DNA of 64,000 nucleotides from an uncultured delta proteobacterium (GTDB taxonomy: Bacteria > Desulfobacterota > Desulfomonilia > Desulfomonilales > Desulfomonilaceae). The notes under the pieces are model-generated. The model saw nothing but the letters and a program-made list of their open reading frames with translations. It ran no database searches and was not told the origin of the DNA. Shown one piece after another: positions 60,296 through 64,000 of the stretch (within the stretch, counting starts at the first letter, position 1; each line of letters begins with the position of its first letter). A program made the translations under genes and the position numbers. Where the stretch lies: assembly GCA_963789265.1 (NCBI GenBank), contig CAWBKB010000005.1, positions 448,001 through 512,000 of the forward strand, written 5' to 3'.

Positions 60296-60925
60296 ATGAC
60301 AAAGTCTGGTCGAATTAACACGTTATTCTCGGATATCGGCGGTGTGCTCCTTACCAATGGCTGGGACCGGGATGCAAGGCTTCGCGCTAGCGAGAAATTC
60401 CAGTTGAACCATGATGAATTCTCTGAACGCCATTCTATGACCTTTGATACGTACGAAGAAGGAAAGTTAAGCCTGGACGAATATCTGAAGAGGGTGGTGT
60501 TCTATGAGCCGCAACCTTTCACGGCGCAAGACTTCAAAAAGTTTATGTTAGAACAATCCCAACCGATTGAAGCAATGATTAATCTTGTCCGCAGATTGAA
60601 GGTCCATCACGAGCTGAAAACAGTGGCTGTGAGCAATGAAGGCAGAGAATTGACCGAATATCGCATTAAGGAATTCAGATTAAATGAATTTGTCGACGCA
60701 TTTATTTCATCATGCTTCGTTCATTATCGCAAACCGGACGAAGATATCTTTCGCATTGCCTTGGATGTTTCTCAAGCGTGTCCCGAAGAGGTAGCATACC
60801 TCGACGATCGGAAAATGTTCGTGGAGGTCGCACAAAGTTTCGGGATCCGAGGAATTCATCATACGGGGTACGAATCAACTCTAGCGGCGCTCGAGGACCT
60901 GGGCCTGGGATTGCCGACGGAGTGA
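60296..60925 (+). CDS. HAD family phosphatase
   Basis: FSDIGGVL, SNEG, RKPD, YLDDR. Confidence 0.9.
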   Translation: MTKSGRINTLFSDIGGVLLTNGWDRDARLRASEKFQLNHDEFSERHSMTFDTYEEGKLSLDEYLKRVVFYEPQPFTAQDFKKFMLEQSQPIEAMINLVRRLKVHHELKTVAVSNEGRELTEYRIKEFRLNEFVDAFISSCFVHYRKPDEDIFRIALDVSQACPEEVAYLDDRKMFVEVAQSFGIRGIHHTGYESTLAALEDLGLGLPTE

Positions 60926-60966
60926 CGTCACAACAATGACAATGCAGCAACATTGGGGGTCACAAA

Positions 60967-62380
60967 ATGAATACCTCTTGCAATATCGGTATGATCGGAC
61001 TCGGGGTTATGGGACGCAATTTTGCGCTGAACATGGCAGATCATGGCTTTGCTGTGGCGGGTTACAACAGACATCTCGACAAGGTTGCTCTCCTTGAGAA
61101 GGAAGCAGAAGGGCGAACCGTTATCGGCGCCAAGTCCGAGGAAGATCTTGCCAAAGCCGTGCAAAAGCCTCGTGCAGTCATGATGATGGTTCCAGCGGGG
61201 AATGCTGTGGACCAGGTAATTCGCGATCTTTTGCCGCATTTAGAGCCGGGGGACCTGATAATAGACGGGGGAAACTCGCATTACAAGGACACCGACATTC
61301 GCGGAGCGGCGTTGGCCGATAAGGGAATAAATTTTCTCGGGGTCGGGATTTCCGGCGGTGAAAAAGGGGCACGGTTTGGACCCAGCATGATGCCTGGCGG
61401 GAAACTGGAAGCATACGAAAGAGTGCGGCCCATCTTTGAGGCAGCGGCAGCCAAAGTGAACGGGGACCCGTGCGTCACCTATTTGGGGCCCCGTTCGGCC
61501 GGTCATTATGTGAAAGTCGTCCACAATGGAATCGAATACGGATTGATGCAACTTATTTCAGAAACCTACCACCTGATGAAGTATCTCCTGGGTTTGGACG
61601 ATGATGAACTTCACAATGTTTATTATGAGTGGAATCAAGGGGAACTGGAATGTTTCCTGTTGGAAATCACGCATCAAATCTTCAGCTATAAAGACGAAAA
61701 AACGGGTCGGCGACTCGTCGATGAAATCCTGGACGAAGCCAAACAAAAGGGGACGGGAAAGTGGACCTCCCAGGACGCTATGGATCTTCAGGTGCCGGTG
61801 CCCACAATCGACATGGCCGTGGCGATGCGGGATCTATCCATGTACAAAGATGAAAGGGGAACCGCCTCGAAACAGTTGTCCGGCCCGGAATCGAGGTTTG
61901 ACGGCGACAAGAAAGCTTTTATCCAGCGGCTTCACAATGCGCTATACATAGGAATGATTGCAACATACTCCCAAGGAATGGCGCTTCTCAAGACCGCGTC
62001 CCGGGCCTACGATTATGGATTGAGTCTTCCGGAGGTAGCTCGAATCTGGCGGGGGGGCTGCATAATTCGAGCACGTTTGCTGGAAGACATTCGCTTGGCA
62101 TTGAAGTCTCAGCCGGACTTGCCCAACCTGATGTTGGATCCCAAGCTCTCGCAAACAATCGTCCAGCGGCAAGAAGACTTGCGTTACGTAGCACGGATTG
62201 CCCTGGAATCGGGAATTCCGGCGCCCGGACTCATGGCATCTTTGGCTTATTTTGATGGTTACCGTAGCGCCTGGTTGCCTGCCAACCTGATTCAGGCTCA
62301 GCGTGACTATTCTTGGCTCTCACACGTATGAACGGATAGACGAAAAAGGGGTCTTCCATACCCAATGGGATCAAGGCTGA
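60967..62380 (+). CDS. gnd: NADP-dependent 6-phosphogluconate dehydrogenase (frameshift ~62312)
   Basis: GLGVMG, DGGNS, GHYVKVVHNGIEY, KGTGKWT, WRGGCIIRA, LIQAQRDY + GSHTYERID..FHTQW. Confidence 0.95.
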
Positions 62381-62484
62381 GTCCGTGGAGCGGTATCGAC
62401 GGCGACCGACCGAATATTCATGCCCCAATTGTAGGGCAAAGTGCAAAAACCTGAATTGAGCGAGATCAGAGAAAGGGACAAAAC

Positions 62485-64000
62485 ATGTCGCAGGGAATCG
62501 GTACTTCACTGGCGGGGAAGCGTGGCATCGATGTGCTGCATGACGCGGAAATCAATAAATCCATAGCCTTCAGCGAAGCAGAGCGCGAGGCCCTGGGCCT
62601 GACCGGGCTCTTGCCCGCAGGCGTCGACACTGAAGAAGTTCAGCTTCGTCGAGTCATGCAGCAGTTGGGGACCAAGCCCACTGACTTGGAGCGATACATC
62701 TTTTTGATCGGGCTGCTTGATACTGATGAGACGCTCTTTTACAGAGTACTAATGTCCGATCCTGCTCGATTCTTGCCTATTGTTTACGACCCGACAGTCG
62801 GCGAGGCGTGTCTCAAGTTCGGTCATATCTTCCGGCGTCCCCGAGGCATGTATCTGTCGCTTCTGCACAAGGGACGGATCAAGAGTGTTCTGCGTAATTG
62901 GCCGAAAACGGACGTTCGAGTAATATGCGCCTCCTCAGGCGGCAGGATCCTCGGTCTTGGCGACCTTGGGGCCAATGGCATGGGCATTCCCATCGGCAAG
63001 CTTCAGCTTTATACCGCCTGCGCCGCCGTGCCGCCTCAGGTGCTTTTGCCGATTCATATAGACTGCGGCACGACTAATGAAGCACTGATTCACGATCCCC
63101 TGTACCTGGGCTTGCGTCAGCCTCGCGTTCCGACCTCTGAATTGGATGAATTTGTTGATGAATTCGTGACGGCCGTGCAGGAAGTTTTCCCGGGATGCTG
63201 CGTCCATTTCGAAGATTGGGCCGGGGTCGATGCGATGCGTCTTCTCGCGCACTATCGAGACCGGGTGTGCTGTTACAATGACGATATTCAAGGCACCGCT
63301 GGTGTGGCTCTTGCGGGGTTGCTCAGCGCCTTGCGAGTGACCGGCGGGAAGCTGCGCGATCAGCGCATCCTATTTCTTGGGGCAGGATCGGCCGGCATAG
63401 GGATTGCCGATCTGATCGCATCTGCCATGGTATTGGAAGGGCTGACGGACGATCAAGCCCGGTCGCGCATTTCGCTTTTCGACATTAACGGTCTGCTTGA
63501 GTCAAACCGGACTGACCTATTCGATTTCCAGAAACCCTACGCCCATCCGCACGAGAAGTCTCACGATTTCCTTGCCGTCATCGAGTCCCTCAAGCCCACC
63601 GCGATAATTGGTGTCAGCACCCAAGGCAAAGCATTTACCAGGCAGGTTGTTGAGACCATGACTCGCCTCAACAAAAGGCCGATCATCTTTGCCCTTTCCA
63701 ATCCCACGGATCACGCAGAATGCACTGCCGAAGAAGCCTACAAATGGTCTGAGGGCCGATCGCTTTATGCTGCAGGGGTTCCGTTCCCACCGGTCCGCTT
63801 CCATGATAAAACTCTGATCCCCGGTCAGGGTAACAATCTGTACATCTTCCCGGCCGTAGGGCTGGCGATTTACGCGGCAAAGCCAAAGCGTGTAACCGAC
63901 GAAATGTTCATTGCGGCTGCACGTGCAGTTGCCGAACAGGTGACTGAGGCAGAGTTGGATGCCGGTTTGCTGTATCCGCCACAGACCGACATCCTGAAGA
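62485..64000 (+). CDS. maeA: Malic enzyme, MaeA/SfcA type (3' truncated by window edge; not in ORF track)
   Basis: LGLTGLLP, PIVYDPTVGEAC, RILGLGDLG, FED, NDDIQGTA, GAGSAG, IFALSNP, GQGNNLYIFP. Confidence 0.92.
   Translation, partial: MSQGIGTSLAGKRGIDVLHDAEINKSIAFSEAEREALGLTGLLPAGVDTEEVQLRRVMQQLGTKPTDLERYIFLIGLLDTDETLFYRVLMSDPARFLPIVYDPTVGEACLKFGHIFRRPRGMYLSLLHKGRIKSVLRNWPKTDVRVICASSGGRILGLGDLGANGMGIPIGKLQLYTACAAVPPQVLLPIHIDCGTTNEALIHDPLYLGLRQPRVPTSELDEFVDEFVTAVQEVFPGCCVHFEDWAGVDAMRLLAHYRDRVCCYNDDIQGTAGVALAGLLSALRVTGGKLRDQRILFLGAGSAGIGIADLIASAMVLEGLTDDQARSRISLFDINGLLESNRTDLFDFQKPYAHPHEKSHDFLAVIESLKPTAIIGVSTQGKAFTRQVVETMTRLNKRPIIFALSNPTDHAECTAEEAYKWSEGRSLYAAGVPFPPVRFHDKTLIPGQGNNLYIFPAVGLAIYAAKPKRVTDEMFIAAARAVAEQVTEAELDAGLLYPPQTDILK

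Overview
Bacterial chromosomal window. The gene style suggests an anaerobic deltaproteobacterium/Desulfobacterota, possibly Desulfomonile-like (inference only). The main feature is hidden from the ORF track: an ArsR-led operon of three selenoproteins (5481-8393) with four in-frame UGA codons followed by SECIS-like hairpins. These are a LULATC protein with a wHTH tail, a rhodanese(UxxxxU)-DsbD-thioredoxin fusion, and a NEPNGKPU thioredoxin-like protein. From memory these match NCBI's TsoA/TsoB/TsoC families; their function is unknown to me. Divergent from it is a second ArsR operon in which three proteins share a CxCGC motif, including an unannotated 40-aa microprotein. That operon also has a structured leader, a possible UGA-containing micro-ORF, and a 34-nt 5'/3' long-range pairing. 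The rest comprises ybaB-recR, lipB, a thiolase, a TAXI receptor, GNATs, MoxR-DUF58-transglutaminase, narGHJI followed by a TDT anion channel gene, HicAB and HigBA (toxin genes apparently leaderless), TetR-AcrAB, a Rieske/FAD reductase, and a GH15-glk-zwf-tkt-rpiB-tal/pgi-HAD-gnd-malic enzyme cluster. Intergenic DNA is full of REP-like palindromes and nested MITEs. At least 12 small frameshifts in otherwise intact genes point to long-read consensus errors. No rRNA, tRNA or CRISPR array was seen.
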